A stretch of 61,285 nt of DNA, filler included, from Rhabdomonas costata (GCA_019059605.1; 21 parts of 21 records of this genome joined end to end with filler, not necessarily neighbours in it); one strand, 5' to 3'. Shown: positions 23,700-36,772, counted from the whole stretch's first letter. Numbers and translations: made by a program. Notes: generated by a model from the letters alone, not told the origin.

Positions 23700-25847
23700 G
23701 GGGGAGACGCCACGGGAGAGCTCCCCACTCCGATTGGGGTCCTTGTGCACCTGTTCCAGAACCAATGGATAGATCAAGAGGGGATAATTGAAGACGGAGA
23801 CCAGCGCTCCGGATTCTAGCCTTTGCATGGCTATGCTTAAATCCAATTTCTTTTGCTTTGCACACACACTCAAAACACACCGCTCCCTTCAAATAGCCGC
23901 ACGACAACAAGCAGCCCCCCCCCCAAAAAAAAAACAAGCCCAGCAGGAGCTTTGCACAGATCATTCGTCACAGATTATCTCCCCATCTTCCACCTTGAGC
24001 ACCGCGACAGCAGTATTAAACCCAGTAACACACCCCTTAACAGAGCGATTAGTATGTGAAAATTCGTACAAAGGTCTGGCCTATACTCATACAGCTGGGC
24101 CTGCATCGTGTTGGTGGCACTGCAGGATCTCATGTACCCAACTAGCAAATCAGAACTAGTGCACCTGAAATTGGTGCAGAATTGCAAAAGGGTCTCCGCG
24201 TAGCAAACCAATTTGGCGGACCCCCACCCCAAAAAGAAGCCTGTATCCATGAAAACACCTTGTTCTGCTTGCTGAAACCCAACGCTTTGACCTTCTTCCA
24301 GCCGTTCCACCATTGCCAAAGACCTGGCACCGCCTGCGTGAGCAAGGTGCAGGTGCGTAGAACACACTTGGTGCGAGCAGCTGAAGTAATTGTTTGAAAA
24401 GCTGGCCCATGAAAAGCCCAAAGACACAAGAAAATGTTGTTTGTTGCGCGAAAATGCTCAGAACTACTCCTATTTGAGTATTGATGCATACCCGAATGGC
24501 AGCACCAAAGTCACACCAACCTCAAATCAACAGGGCAAGAATGACCAAACCAAGGGAAATCACCATGAAATTCCAAAACAAAGCCTGCACATCCGACATA
24601 CATTCAAAAAAAATGAACCAAAACCACTTTCATTCAACCTGACTGAGCCAATTGTGTTCAGGAGCCACGATAGCAAACCAGCAGGCTGCTGGGCTGGGGC
24701 CCATAAGCATTCTGTTCTGCTGTGCTCGCAGCTCCAGTCCCGACTGAAAGAGCTGCGGCTCGTGGGCGGTGAACCGGCAACTCGTTGTCGGGGCCAGCGA
24801 GCAAACATCGAATTTCACTTTGCTTTGAGAGGACCTCCGGAGGGTTTCCACAAACGGCTGTTGGAACTCCAATTCCTCCGCAAGGTCGCCAATGATCTCC
24901 CGGAAGGATTCCCCCTGTGATGCGATGTCCAATGAACCTCCACATACATCTAGCAAAACGATCCAGGGGGAACGTTTCTCATCATTCTAAATTAAAACGC
25001 TGTCTCTTCTTGTCAAAGCAAAAAAAAAAGCAGAACAGAGAGGGAGACGGGAGACACAAAGCCAATTTCCACCTCATGGCTTTTTGGGGTTAATAAAGAA
25101 CGCGCTGCAGAACAAAGCCTCCTTGCGGTAAGCACCGCCCACAGCAATGTTCCACGGTTGGTGTGAAACGATAACCCTTAAAGTCTTTTACAACGATTAA
25201 GTTCCCGGCAACGGAGCGCAGGGCAAGATCAACCAGAAATCTATTGGCGTGCAAGGAAAAGGAGAAAACTTCCACGCCGACACTCGGAATAAGAACCTCT
25301 TCGAATTTATACGCATGGAAGACAGCTAAAATGCAGCACCAGGTTCTGCCTGCGCCCCAGCTCCGAACATAACGACGATGACTCCGCCCGGACCAGAAGG
25401 TTCAGCTCCGCCGCCGTCGCCGAGGGGCCCAACTTTTCCAGAATGGGAAGGGCATCGCTGGGAAGGCTTGCCCGCAGCATCCGCCGCCGCAGCTCCGCCA
25501 GGCGAAGTGCCCGCTCCAGGCATCGCAGGGTTTCTTCTGCCGGGACTCCTGAAAATCCGAGGAGAGGAGGGGCCGCGGATCAGCCGTCCCTTTGAGCCCC
25601 GGTGAGGCGTAGAAGGAAAGGAAATGGCTGCGTTATAGAGTGGCGTCTGTCAAGCAGAGTCGTTTATCATCTTTCGCATGCACAACAATCAAAATACAAC
25701 TCTAAGAGGGAAAAAAAACCTCGAGACACGTCGGTGTTGACCTTGGCCACGCCCTGGGGGGTAAGTTGTGTAACAAGCCGGAGCTCGCGACTTGTCAAAG
25801 TCCGTCCCAGCTCCGCTTCAAAAAACGCCACAACCCGAACTTCCATT
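23700..25847 (-). CDS. Hypothetical multi-exon protein
   Basis: MEVRVVAFFEAELGRTLTSRELRLV... joins by GT-AG to GVPAEETLRCLERALRLAELRRRMLRASLPSDALPILEKL. More exon-like blocks lie near 25240, 24950, 24370 and 23820, but their frames are uncertain. Confidence 0.4.
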
Positions 25848-26703
25848 GCAGTATAGCACAACAAAAGCGAAAAAAAAACAGCGAGAAAATCACTGAAATA
25901 CACAGACAAGATGACGAAAAACAAACGGTGCTTCCAGGATGGTCGAGATGAAGTCGTAGCAGTATGATAAGGCGAGTGGAGAATCCGTTATCACAGGAAT
26001 AGGCAGTAAATCGTCCCTTCGGTGCCAAGGCTAAAATTAACCCTCGCAATGACCGCTGACCAAATCAGTCCCACCGCCTCGCGCCCAACTCCCCGTCATT
26101 CTTTGGCACTGAACTCTTCGACCTCCCATCCCCTCAGTCACAGCTGATTCTCACTCGCCCACGCGGGTTCCACCACCACGATGCAGAATTCACGAGTCCG
26201 GACGCCACCCCNNNNNNNNNNNNNNNNNNNNNNNNNNNNNNNNNNNNNNNNNNNNTTAATTAATTAANNNNNNNNNNNNNNNNNNNNNNNNNNNNNNNNN
26301 NNNNNNNNNNNTGTTGGGTGTTGTGCCCGGTGAAGTTCTGCATAAACTCACCATCCGGACATCTGAGAAAACAGGGAACAGGGAACAGGGAACAGGGAAG
26401 AAGGGAAGGGAAGTAGAAGCGGCAATAAAAAGCAACCAGGATCGTTCAGTCAAAAAATCAATGGGTATCGTGGTCAATGCTTTTTAGGAAGCAAAGCAAG
26501 GTTGTGTCAGAAATAGTAGCCCTTTTACGAAATCGCACGGCCTTTTCGCTGGGCTCATGCTCAAACCGACACTGGTAGCATCTGAAATAGCCGGCTGCCC
26601 GGGTATGCAGCCCTGAAGTCTCACTGGGAGCGGGGCGTTCTGGTGCTTGAGATAACAAAACAGAGATAAATGCAAGAGCTCCATTTCCATCGGAATGACA
26701 TAC

Positions 26704-28787
26704 TTCCACTTCTTGATGTTGTCCGCGCCTCCCGAGGCAAAGGTGTACCTGCGCGCAGAAACAGTCGGACAGATTAATCCCCGCCCTTGTGCCATTACTG
26801 AGTGTAATCGTTTTTTTCGGTTCCAGCACCTGACGAGTCCTTTGTCATTCCCTTGTTTAATTTGGGAAGACTGAAGAACGGTGCAAGCGGAACAAAGCTC
26901 ACGAAGCACCTCTCCTGTTGGTATTTTCTTGGGGCTGCTTGCCCGCCACAGCCCGAGGGTGTGAAGGTGCATCGCAGCTGAGGAAAACGCCAAAGGGCGG
27001 CTCCAAGCACAAACATTCTGAAGTTGAGTTAGCCACGAAAACGGGGTCCTTGCGCAAATGGGATCCGAAAGGGCTCAGCAACACAGTGATAACAAAAGTT
27101 AACGTACAGCACCGTGTATGTCTGTATGGGGGGGGGCAGGCATACTCTACAGGGTGCACGACTAGCGCCCGGATGCCCTTCTTGTGGTTCGTAAGGGTCT
27201 TCATTGAGGAGCCCTTGACCAGGTCCCATAGCCTGGAAAACAACAAGTAAAACCGGTGGCCATGCCATTCGCCCATCATATTCATTATCTTTCTGTCATC
27301 AGTCTGCATTTGCGGTTATCGGGCACCGGGTTAGTTGCGATGGAGGACAACTACCCGGCCCGACCTGCTGCTCACTCACTTGGCCAGGGCGAAGACCAAT
27401 GCATCCAACTCGATAATGTGATCGCCGAACCGACCGACCTTTAGAGAGAAGTGTAACCAGTGGTATAGGGCACCGAAGGCTGTCATTGGGACTACTGCCT
27501 TGGTCAAAGATCTCAAAGGGAGCATCCAGAGAGAGAGAGAGAGAGCAAGAGACAGAGAGAGACAGAGAGAGCTACGAACCTTACGGTGCTGTCCTGGGAG
27601 CCTGAGATGATCTGAGGCTGTGCGGACTGCGCCGCCACAGTGTGCACGGTGTGGCTGTGCCCACCCAGCACCACGGCCTCCTTCTTGGTGCGGATGTCCC
27701 ACACCTGAACGGGATGCGTGTGGGGGAGAGGTGGGGGAGGTTACTATGACAGCTGCTATGAACGGGAAGCAACGGTATCTGCAGGCGTTGCCATGCCATC
27801 ACATCAATCAATAGTAGCACAGCGGGGTCTCCCAGCCCTCTTCCGCTGAAGCGCCTCCACCCGGGGGGCTGCCCCCGTGTCTCTTTGCCTTGGTGCGTCT
27901 GCGGGTACCTTCGATTCACGTTGATGGTAGCGTATCGGCTCTCATTTCTCAAGGTGCTTGATGGTCGATGGTTCTGCTTCTGCGTACTGGATCCGTATCT
28001 GCGAGGGTTCGTTGTTCCGGGCGCTCCTTTCTCGGGCGGACAAATGCCGCTGTGCATGTGCGCGTGCGCGTGTCTATGTGTTGGGGGTGTCGAAGGAGGT
28101 CGGAGGTGGGTGTGCACCCGCACGGTTGCGTCTCGACCCCCTGTGATGAGCAGGTCCAAGGTGGGGTGCAGAGTGCAGCAGTACACTCCGCTGAGGTGCC
28201 CGTGGTACTGCCGAATGCACTGCGAGGCGACAACCGATAAGTTTGACCCACACCCCCACACCCGATTCCCTCTCTTTGGGAAAACAAGTCCCCTCAAAAG
28301 TAGGACAGCTAACAACTCACTCTTGCAAGCAAGTGGATGAAATACGCTCAACAATAAAGCTCCAAAGTAATCCAGAAAAGCAACCAGCTTTGATTTCTGT
28401 GGTGGTTGCTATTTCGTCCCATTCACGCGCACGCAAAACAAGAAAAAAACAAGAAGGGAACGTCCCCAGCGAAGCACAAAAACCTGCAAACGGCAGCAAT
28501 TGTGCAAAGCGTCATGCACGGATTGGTTTCTGTATCCTCCCTGCTTACGTCCTAATTTAACACCTTCCTAGGAATCGGGAGGAAGACGAGAAAAACACAC
28601 GCAGCAGAAGGAGATAAGAATGGGAGCAATGGGTTACCTTGTTGACCTCTAAGTCCCAGCACTTGACCATCTTGTCCTCGCCCACGGAGAAGAGGTAGGG
28701 CGAAGATTTGCTGATCGCCAGCTGCTTTACACAGCTGATGTGGCCGGTGAACGAGACCTTCAGCTTTCCACTGGCGAGCTCCCAGAT
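26704..28787 (-). CDS. PLRG1: Pleiotropic regulator 1 / Prp46 (WD40, NTC spliceosome component), internal exons 28787-28638, 28219-28118, 27704-27580, 27232-27146, 26748-26704
   Basis: [17 protein letters not shown]...[34 protein letters not shown]...[24 protein letters not shown]...[17 protein letters not shown]...[11 protein letters not shown].../[15 protein letters not shown] follows the PLRG1 consensus. All four introns are GT-AG. Confidence 0.95.
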
Positions 28788-29858
28788 CTATAGAGGTTAA
28801 TGGGCGTATAACGATACCTGAACGATGCCATGGGGGTTGCCGAACCGCATGACAATTCCTTTTTATGTGTGTGGGGGTCAAAGTTTAACACCTTAACGCC
28901 CCTACACTAGATAATGGTGTCTTCCCAAGGGGTTAGGTTTCTTGTTTTATTGCCTCCTAGATGCCAATTTTTTTAACTTTCCACCGTTGAGTGATTTGAG
29001 TGAGTACAGGTACCTAACACCCGTGCTCGAAAAACTATTCTTTTAGAGCAACAACAAAATTCGGTGTTTAACGCTGCCAAACGTTTGACACCATAAAACA
29101 GCAAAGTCACATGTTTGCAAGACCACCCCCCCNNNNNNNNNNNNNNNNNNNNNNNNNNNNNNNNNNNNNNNNNNNNTTAATTAATTAANNNNNNNNNNNN
29201 NNNNNNNNNNNNNNNNNNNNNNNNNNNNNNNNTTGTTGGTTGACAGAACAAAGAGAGGATCCTTCCTCCGCGGTGACGTGACCTCGACCACAGGTTCTTA
29301 GATCTGTCAACCACAACAGTAATGTTTTCTCTCTCGTTCCTGCTAACTATTCTGCAGTCCAGCTTCACCACATTTCAAAAGCGTGGCATTTTATATATAT
29401 CCTACATACCCAAGCAATAATACAGCCACGACACACCATCTCGCTAAATAGTAATGTGGTTAGTAAGGTCAACTCCACCCGAAAACAAACACATTATCTG
29501 CGACATTCCTACTTGAAGTCGTTTTGTCCTATACACCGCTGGAATTGGATAAGTCTATTTCAGTAGAGGTGCGCAACCCGCATTTTTCAGGCGTAGCCTG
29601 GCAAACGGGACAATGAGGAAAAGAAGCTGCCATTTGCTCAAATCTAGCATCTCGTTGGGATCAAGGTGCAAAACACGAACTCTTCAAAACGCACCTATGC
29701 GCTGAAACCAGGCGCCAAGAGGGAGAGGCGAGGAGCACACACAATGGGACACCGCCCGATGCTGGGCGCTCCGCTTGGGTGGCCCTGCTCAACAATCGTT
29801 CGCATGGTCCTGTTTCTGAAGTGACTGACCCGACCCCCTACCATATTCAAACCCAGAC

Positions 29859-31590
29859 CTGCGGCCTTCCGCTGCAGCACGTTGCGCTCCGCCACCATCT
29901 TCAGCACCTCATTCGCGTCGGGGTGCACGTAGCGCCCGCTGAACAGCTGCACCACCGTCGACGCGAAGTGCACCATTTGCAGGGCGTGGTTGACGTCTGA
30001 GCCCCGGCCCACATCATCGGTATGCTCGGGCAGCCCCGCGATGGCGAGGTAGGCATCCCCGATGGTCTAAGGTGACGGGAGTGACGGGAGGCATGAAAAC
30101 CGACGTTCATCGCTCTAGCGTCGCAATATGTTTGACGTCAAATCATCGCTTCTTGAGTGTTTTCCCCGCTCTTGTCCCCGTTTTTCTTCTGCATTTTGCC
30201 CGCTCAAGTGAACAAACCTCTGGACATTGTTGCTGTCAGTGCTGGTGTTTTTCCAGTAAATATAATAGCAACGAAAAAGGGTTTTTGCGGGGGAAGGCGC
30301 TGGATGCACATCACGAAAAAAACCACAGCAGCCCGCGAGGACCTCCGCGTGAGCGGCGCGCACACCCTTCCTTCCCGGTTCTACACCCAACAGCATTCGT
30401 CTATTCAGACCATGATGGACTCCCATGTTCACGTGTTGGTGCCCATCCGTGATGGCAAAAGAAGCTCCCGTGACCGTGAATTGTAGCAAGAAATTGTGAG
30501 GCGGTTGGGTGCGGGAAGACGTATGGTACAATTCTTGTATGTTAACCGGAACAGAACCGCCGCACGCTTGCACTTTGTAACATTGCTCTCGTGTGCATTG
30601 CTTTGCTTCACTTAGGATGTTGTCTTTTGTTCTTTTTTCGTCTCGCGTGCGCGCTTGAGTGAGGCGAAAGATCAACCACCCAACCACAACAGAAAAATAT
30701 AGAGCGCCATGCTCCCCCTTAACAAAAAAACAGAAACCCACCCAACAGACAAAAAAGGGACAGTTACCGCCCTCCGTAGGCATTGGCAACTGAGCCTCTC
30801 ACCATATATAGGAGGCTTTTTGTCTAAACTCCACGCTGCTAGTTACCGAAACAAAAGAGATAGCTTAGGTGGTCGTGATCGTCCCCCCCCCCGCCCTCTG
30901 TCGTACACCCTCTGACCCAGGCTCGTCAATGCGTGCGTGAGGACCGTCTACCTTGATCTTGTGAATCCCGTAGTGTGCGGCGCAGCAGTCGATCACGCGG
31001 AAGTTGTACCCAATCCATGAGAGCATGTCCAGGGCGGAAAGAGCGTTAGACTGCGCGGTGAAGTTGCAAATGTCACTGAAGAAGATCGTTGCCTGTAAAC
31101 ATGGTGGAAAATAAAAGCGAAAAAATGGGAACATGCAAAGAAAGAAGGAACCAGAAACCAGGCAACTAAACAATGAAGTCGTCAACCATACCAACGCAAA
31201 CAAAAGTCAGCACAAAAAAGCGCCTCTGCAGATTGCACCGACACGAAGACAAATTAACATGACGGATTAAGGGCATGGAAGATGCACCTTGGGAACCCCC
31301 ACAACGATCTGGGCATCCCCGGCGAGAAGCCGCTCCGAGGCAAATGGAGGGTATAGTGCGGAGACAAGCTTTTCGAAGGACTCCTTCTGCTTTTGAACCT
31401 GAATGACGAAGGGACCAGTTTTTGGTATTGTGGGGTTTAGGCAGCGATGCACGTGTCAACAAGTGGTATCGGCTTAGGTGGTCACTCAGCTCATCGTGAT
31501 CCAGTTGGCTTCCCGTACTGTCACCTTGAGCCGGCTTCTCTGGCGCCTCCTCGGCCTCCTGCGCGTCCACAAAATGGCGGTATTGGTCGG
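29859..31590 (-). CDS. Class III adenylate cyclase, partial; exons ~31590-31547, 31398-31288, 31092-30952, 30066-29859
   Basis: Pre-catalytic helix EKLVSALYPPFASERL, then ATIFFSDICNFT (metal Asp 1) and IHKIK/TIGDAYLAIAGLP (ATP-specifying Lys, metal Asp 2). Confidence 0.9.
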
Positions 31591-32047
31591 ATGTCAGTGA
31601 CTAAACTCTGTTTCACACACATGTGCACGCTTTTCTTCTGTCGCCAAAGACGTTTATATAATTAACCAGAAAACGAAAGCAAAAAATGCCCTGACTCTTA
31701 GCATAACAGGAAAGCACATAATCTAAAGTCCGTCACACTATAAACTCAGAATCAGGAAATTCTTAACTTTTTTTCCGAATGTTTTGTGTTGCCAATGGGA
31801 AAAGCAATCCTTGTGAGTAAAACATGATACTCAGCATGTGCGTTCCATCCAGTACCATTACGGCTGCAAAATCCGAAAATTTTCTGGTGCCTCCGGGGCA
31901 TCGTAACAGAAACAAGATCTCGTGCTATAGAACAATGACAATCCACGCGACGGCGAAGACAAGCGTGCACATGTCAGTGACTAAACTCTGTTTCACACAC
32001 ATGTGCACGCTTTTCTTCTGTCGCCAAAGACGTTTATATAATTAACC
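31591..32047. repeat. Exact 77-bp direct duplication (31591-31667 and 31971-32047)
   Basis: atgtcagtgactaaactc...cgtttatataattaacc occurs twice, 380 bp apart. The second copy runs into the contig end. Confidence 0.95.
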
Positions 32048-32669
32048 CAAAAAANNNNNNNNNNNNNNNNNNNNNNNNNNNNNNNNNNNNNNNNNNNNTT
32101 AATTAATTAANNNNNNNNNNNNNNNNNNNNNNNNNNNNNNNNNNNNNNNNNNNNTGTCTCAGCAGTCCAAAAGAAAACAATTACAGGCATTATACGCGGT
32201 GTTTCCTTTCCTAAATTTTTACACCTCCCGCGTACCCATGTGGGTCTCTTTCTCTCCTGCCAAAACACATTTAGAATCGTTTTTTGAAGCACTGGCGTGC
32301 TTGGAATTCTCGCTCCCCGGCCCCTGGCGGTGGTGTAAATCGCTGCGACCTTGGCGGACAAAATACACCTGAAGCACTTTGAACAACGGCTGCGACGATT
32401 CGGGGGGAGGGGGGCTTGCCGTGGAGAATCGCAGTTCCAGTCCAGTTGGCTAATTTGGCAGCGTCTGGTGCGACGATATTTCGCTTTGTGCATAAGTTTC
32501 TCACCATTCGGTCCCATTCTGTCGACCATTGTTGATGACAAGTGAGAAAAAACAACCCACCCTTATCGGAAGCTTCGTGGAACTCAGGGCATTCAGGAGT
32601 CGCTTTCTTTAATTTGTTCTTTGTCGCAAAACCCTCATCCTTAACACTGAAATGACCCCTCTGTCGCAG

Positions 32670-33430
32670 GAGATATACCTGGACTCCCTGCTCAACGAAG
32701 ATGACTTCTCTGGTGCGGCAACTGCTGCGTGGCTGGAGAAGCAGAAGGCCGACCTTCAAGCCCAGGTATCCCAAATGGGGAAGGGATACCGAAGGGACTG
32801 CGAAGATGGGAGGATTGGGTGAGGAGTAACCCTTCTGGGCGAGGCCCGGTGACCCCGGACTGCTAATTGGAGGCCCACAGTAGAAGTGGATCGTCTTCCT
32901 ACATCTTATTTCGATCACAGCATCCTCGAGCTCCTGAACGGAGTTCTCTTGGATATTTCTTTTTGCACATTTGCACATATTTATTCATCAAATTCAATTG
33001 ACAATTGTTTTCTGTTGGTTTGTCTCCTTTTGGCAAATATAAATTTGCCAGTTTGGCAAAACGCATAGTAGGGCTCCGCAATTCACTGCTTTAACCTCAG
33101 AGAATAGTGCATCTGCAAACTTGTACAGTGGTTTTGATTGCATATCCGAACCACTGTATTGTGCAGCAGGATGTGGGGAACGTTTCACGCAATATCCCCG
33201 TTTTCTCGTGTAGTTTCGCCTTGCTGGTGCCGTGTGGAGCATACTTCCCGAAGGTGTTTTTCTTCCTTTCATGTTGTTCTGGCTTCCCCCAGACGGCGTA
33301 TCGGGGGCTGGTATCATCGGTGGGGGCGAACCCCATCGTCACCTCCACGCAGCGCGCGGTTCTTTTTGGAGGCTCGGCGCCCGCGAAGTGCCTCAGCGAT
33401 CTTTGGCAGCTCACTCTGACTCTGCAGTGA
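32670..33430 (+). CDS. 3' end of a Kelch-repeat-containing protein (exons 32670-32765, 33293-33430)
   Basis: EIYLDSLLNEDDFSG...KADLQAQ/TAYRGLV...RAVLFGGSAPAKCLSDLWQLTLTLQ*. LFGG...LSDLW is a Kelch-repeat signature. Confidence 0.55.
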
Positions 33431-34189
33431 CCCTGCGTGCGCGCCGGCGGAAATGGTGGCTGAGGGTTTGGCTTCATCTGAGAGAATCAGAAGGCCGTGA
33501 ATCCCAGTGAAAACTTGTTCTCGGAACTGAATGTGTGTTAATGTAGTGGCTTTTCAACGCTTGCTGGAGTATTGACGTGTCATTTGTATGGCTTTGTGCA
33601 CTTTCTTTGGAGCGTCACGTCGGCAGAGCCGTTGCGCCAACTTGGTGCTGAAATACCTTTAGGTTGTTAGTAAAGAAACGGGCAAGACGTTTTTTCCCGA
33701 ATTGAAACGAAGCGAGGTACCAACGTAGTAGGTGGATGGTTTATATACAAGAATGTCCGTGTGTGTGTGTGTGTTTGTGCCAATTGTCAGTGGGGTTTTC
33801 CATGCGAAGTATTCAACGTGTCAAGACTCTGTATGTCTTTCAAGCCCCAGCTCAGGGCCCGGACAAAAAAGGGACATCTTGGGGCTCCAGTCGCTTTGGG
33901 AATCGAGCCCTGCAGGGTAATACCCGCCATGCCCGCTCCCCCGCCACCTCGCTGACAAGTTCCTGCACGCACCTGTGTAACCGCAGTGTGCCAATGTGCT
34001 ATAGGGGCCTCACACTATTTACGGCGAACCAACCTGGTTCCGACTATCGGGGTGCCCCTTGCCCCCAGAATGACTGATGCTTGGCCCCGCTGACGACGAC
34101 ACCCTCGACGAGATCGAAAGGGCCAATTCTTTGCTCCAACGCTTTGTGGCCTACCTTTCTTTAGTTTTGCCGGATGTTTGCCTCATGGG

Positions 34190-34440
34190 GTTTTCGGGTA
34201 ACAATTTTCGGGTGGCCGAGCTGTGCAAGGACCGGGGTTGGGACGTCTGGGCCGTTGGCCTGGTGACAACTGGAGGGTGGTGCCCCGGGCGCGGAAGCGG
34301 CCCCTGAAAACCGGGGGGCGGTTTCCTGAGGTGATTGAAGATGAATGGGTGGCTGTGGCCCATCGCGGGCGCGGGCCAAGCAGGTGCCCGATTCCGTCGT
34401 CGTGAAAGCGCTCGCCCGTAAACCGCGGGTGGGCGGTATT
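34190..34440 (+). pseudogene. Possible frameshifted remnant of a pogo/Tigger (CENP-B-type HTH) transposase
   Basis: Reading across frameshifts gives FRVAELCKDRGWDVWAVG...RKRPLKTGGRFPEVIEDEWVAVAHRGR-AKQVPDSVVVKALARK, resembling the Tc5/CENP-B HTH pattern RKR...G.FPE.E..L..W....R....P.....K..A. Confidence 0.35.
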
Positions 34441-34876
34441 TTTCTTTGGCCCCGCGCCCGTTCCCGAGACCTTCCGGCTCATCCTAGGTGTTGTCGTTCG
34501 GACCCTCCCCTTCCGAACTCCTACCACCACCTACCCACCGTAACCCTAACATGCCCGCGCCGTCCAACTTTCAATGGCAATCGTGCCAACCCCGTCTGCC
34601 ATAATTCTAGCGTCGACTGGTTTTACGCCCGCTGTTGTTGCTCCATCTTTTGAAAGGACAGCTGCTTTGCCAAAAAAAAAAGTGGCCTCCAAAGGCTGCG
34701 GGTTAGATGGTGGGAATGGGTTGGTCTGCCTGAAATCTTTTAACCGCAAAGGATTCCCAGGCTAATATATCTTGATCTCCAAAAAGAAGTTTCGCGCCGA
34801 CCTGATTGAAAACTACCCGGTTCAGGGAACGCGCGCGCACGCACGCACGCACGCCCGCACACACACACACACACAC

Positions 34877-34982
34877 ATGGCGCCTTGGCGCGGTGTGCTG
34901 GGGCGTGTCCTTGTGCTGCTTGTTCTGCACACCTGTTGGTTTTTTGGCGCGTTCACGGTGCTGCTGTTCGTGCTGGACGACG
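34877..34982 (+). CDS. N-terminus of a putative membrane or secreted protein
   Basis: ATG directly after a (CA)n tract gives MAPWRGVLGRVLVLLVLHTCWFFGAFTVLLFVLDD, GC3-rich and open to the contig end. Confidence 0.45.
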
Positions 34983-36772
34983 NNNNNNNNNNNNNNNNNN
35001 NNNNNNNNNNNNNNNNNNNNNNNNNNTTAATTAATTAANNNNNNNNNNNNNNNNNNNNNNNNNNNNNNNNNNNNNNNNNNNNGTGGGGTGGTGGATTATG
35101 TGTGTAAAAAGGCGTGGATATCGTTGGCATTGGCTGGCATGCTTCCTCGAGTGCTCCGCTGTGCTGTGAGTCGACGCAAGTGACTTTGTCTGCACCGCGG
35201 GTGCTGCGCGTAAACAGTGGCCCTGGTACCCGTGTCATCGTGCCCTTTCTCCTCTTTGCTCACTGTCTCCAGCTCTTCGTAGCGGTTGGTTTGCACAACA
35301 GACACCTGGCAATTGTCTATCCTTCCTGCACAGGTTGTCGCGACATGTTGAAGTTGTGCTTTTTTTGTTCTCTTTGATGAACTTTCACCCGCTCACAACC
35401 TGAAAGTGTGTGTGTCTGTGTGTGTCGGGGGGTCAAGTGGCCAAGAACGCAGGTGTGTGTGTGTGTGTGTGTGTGTGTGTCGGGGTTCCAGTCTGGGTTC
35501 CCAAGGCCCCGCGTACACCCACGTTCATACTTCCCGAGGGGGACACGAACCCTGTTAGGCAGGGGAGAATAACGTGAGACAGCGAGGTGAAATGGGAGGG
35601 AGGCCCGATGGGCCCACGCCCCATCGAGCGTGGGGAATCCGGGGGGAAGAGAAACGCGAGTCTTCCCCAGAGAAAAGTCGGCCTGGCCAAATGCACAAAG
35701 TGTGTGTGTGTGTGTGCGTGTGTGTGTGGGTGTCGGGGATTCGCAGGGCGGTGCGGTCGACGAAGGTACGCAGGTCAATGAGTCAGCCATGCGAACGCAG
35801 CGCGCGGCCTCCGCCTCTGTGCCCAGGCCTTCTCAGGCCTCCGTCTCCCGCTCCCAGCCAAGGTGGGTGCGGGGGATGTCATCTCTTGCTTAGGCGCAGT
35901 GTCGAAAGATACACAATAAAAGCCATCGTCAAGAAAGAAAAAAACTGCTCTGAAACCAACGGCAGAATGCAGACACTTGGTAATCGTTTGGTTTTGTAGC
36001 TTTTAGCAATATGCAGATCATAAGCACACCGCACCAATCACAACCTTTCACCACTTCTCCGTCCATATGTCCTTCCCCTTGCTTTGCTTCTCACTTCTTG
36101 CGATTCCCACTCCCCCCGGTTCCTTTGCCAGGTACGAGGCGCTCTCAAACGCGGCCGCTTTCCAGGTTTGTTTGTGTGGAGTCAGGGTACGAGCGCGGAA
36201 GGCGGAGTACCCAGTCTGGGATGTCTTAAGGCCCCAGATGCACTGCAAGTCATGCGCAAGGCATCGCAGCCCTTTGTGACAAGGGAGAGCGGCAAGATGC
36301 ACTGGGCCATAGTATCAAGGCCCGATGGCCCCATGCCAACCATGCCAGGAGAAAGTCACCCATACCATGGCCACGGAGATCATGTGCGTGAAGAACCTCT
36401 GCTTCAGATTTTACCACGGTGGAAGAAAAGAAGTACATTTCGGCTTGCACAGTGAGTACTGACAGTAGATACATGGGTGTTCGCCGATGCATACTGAGGG
36501 TCTGTATGAGAGGCAATTCTGTGAAACCACAAACCCTTTTTCTGGTTCAGAGAAAGTGGTATGGCTTCTAAGTTTACAGGACGTATACCGCATTTGTTTT
36601 TTTGGAGGAGGTTGTGGGCTTGATCATTAATGTTGTTTTAGATACTAAGCTATAGTTTTTTTTGCGCTGTTGGTTATGATAGTTGATGTTGCGCGTCCTC
36701 TGAACCAAAAATAACTCTGGGGGGTGGTGCTTAAAGTGATGTGCCTCGTTTCGTTCAACTGACTTGGGACAG

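Noticed and set aside
26100..26211. Minus-strand frame ...WASENQL*LRGWEVEEFSAKE* suggesting TGA read-through or recoding
   Set aside because: Recognised genes use TGG for Trp and end in TGA or TAA normally. There is no homology evidence that the frame continues.
5874..28787. Apparent cluster of RNA-processing genes (LSm1, ADAT1, PUF60, PLRG1)
   Set aside because: Each gene is on a different contig, and the order reflects contig length.
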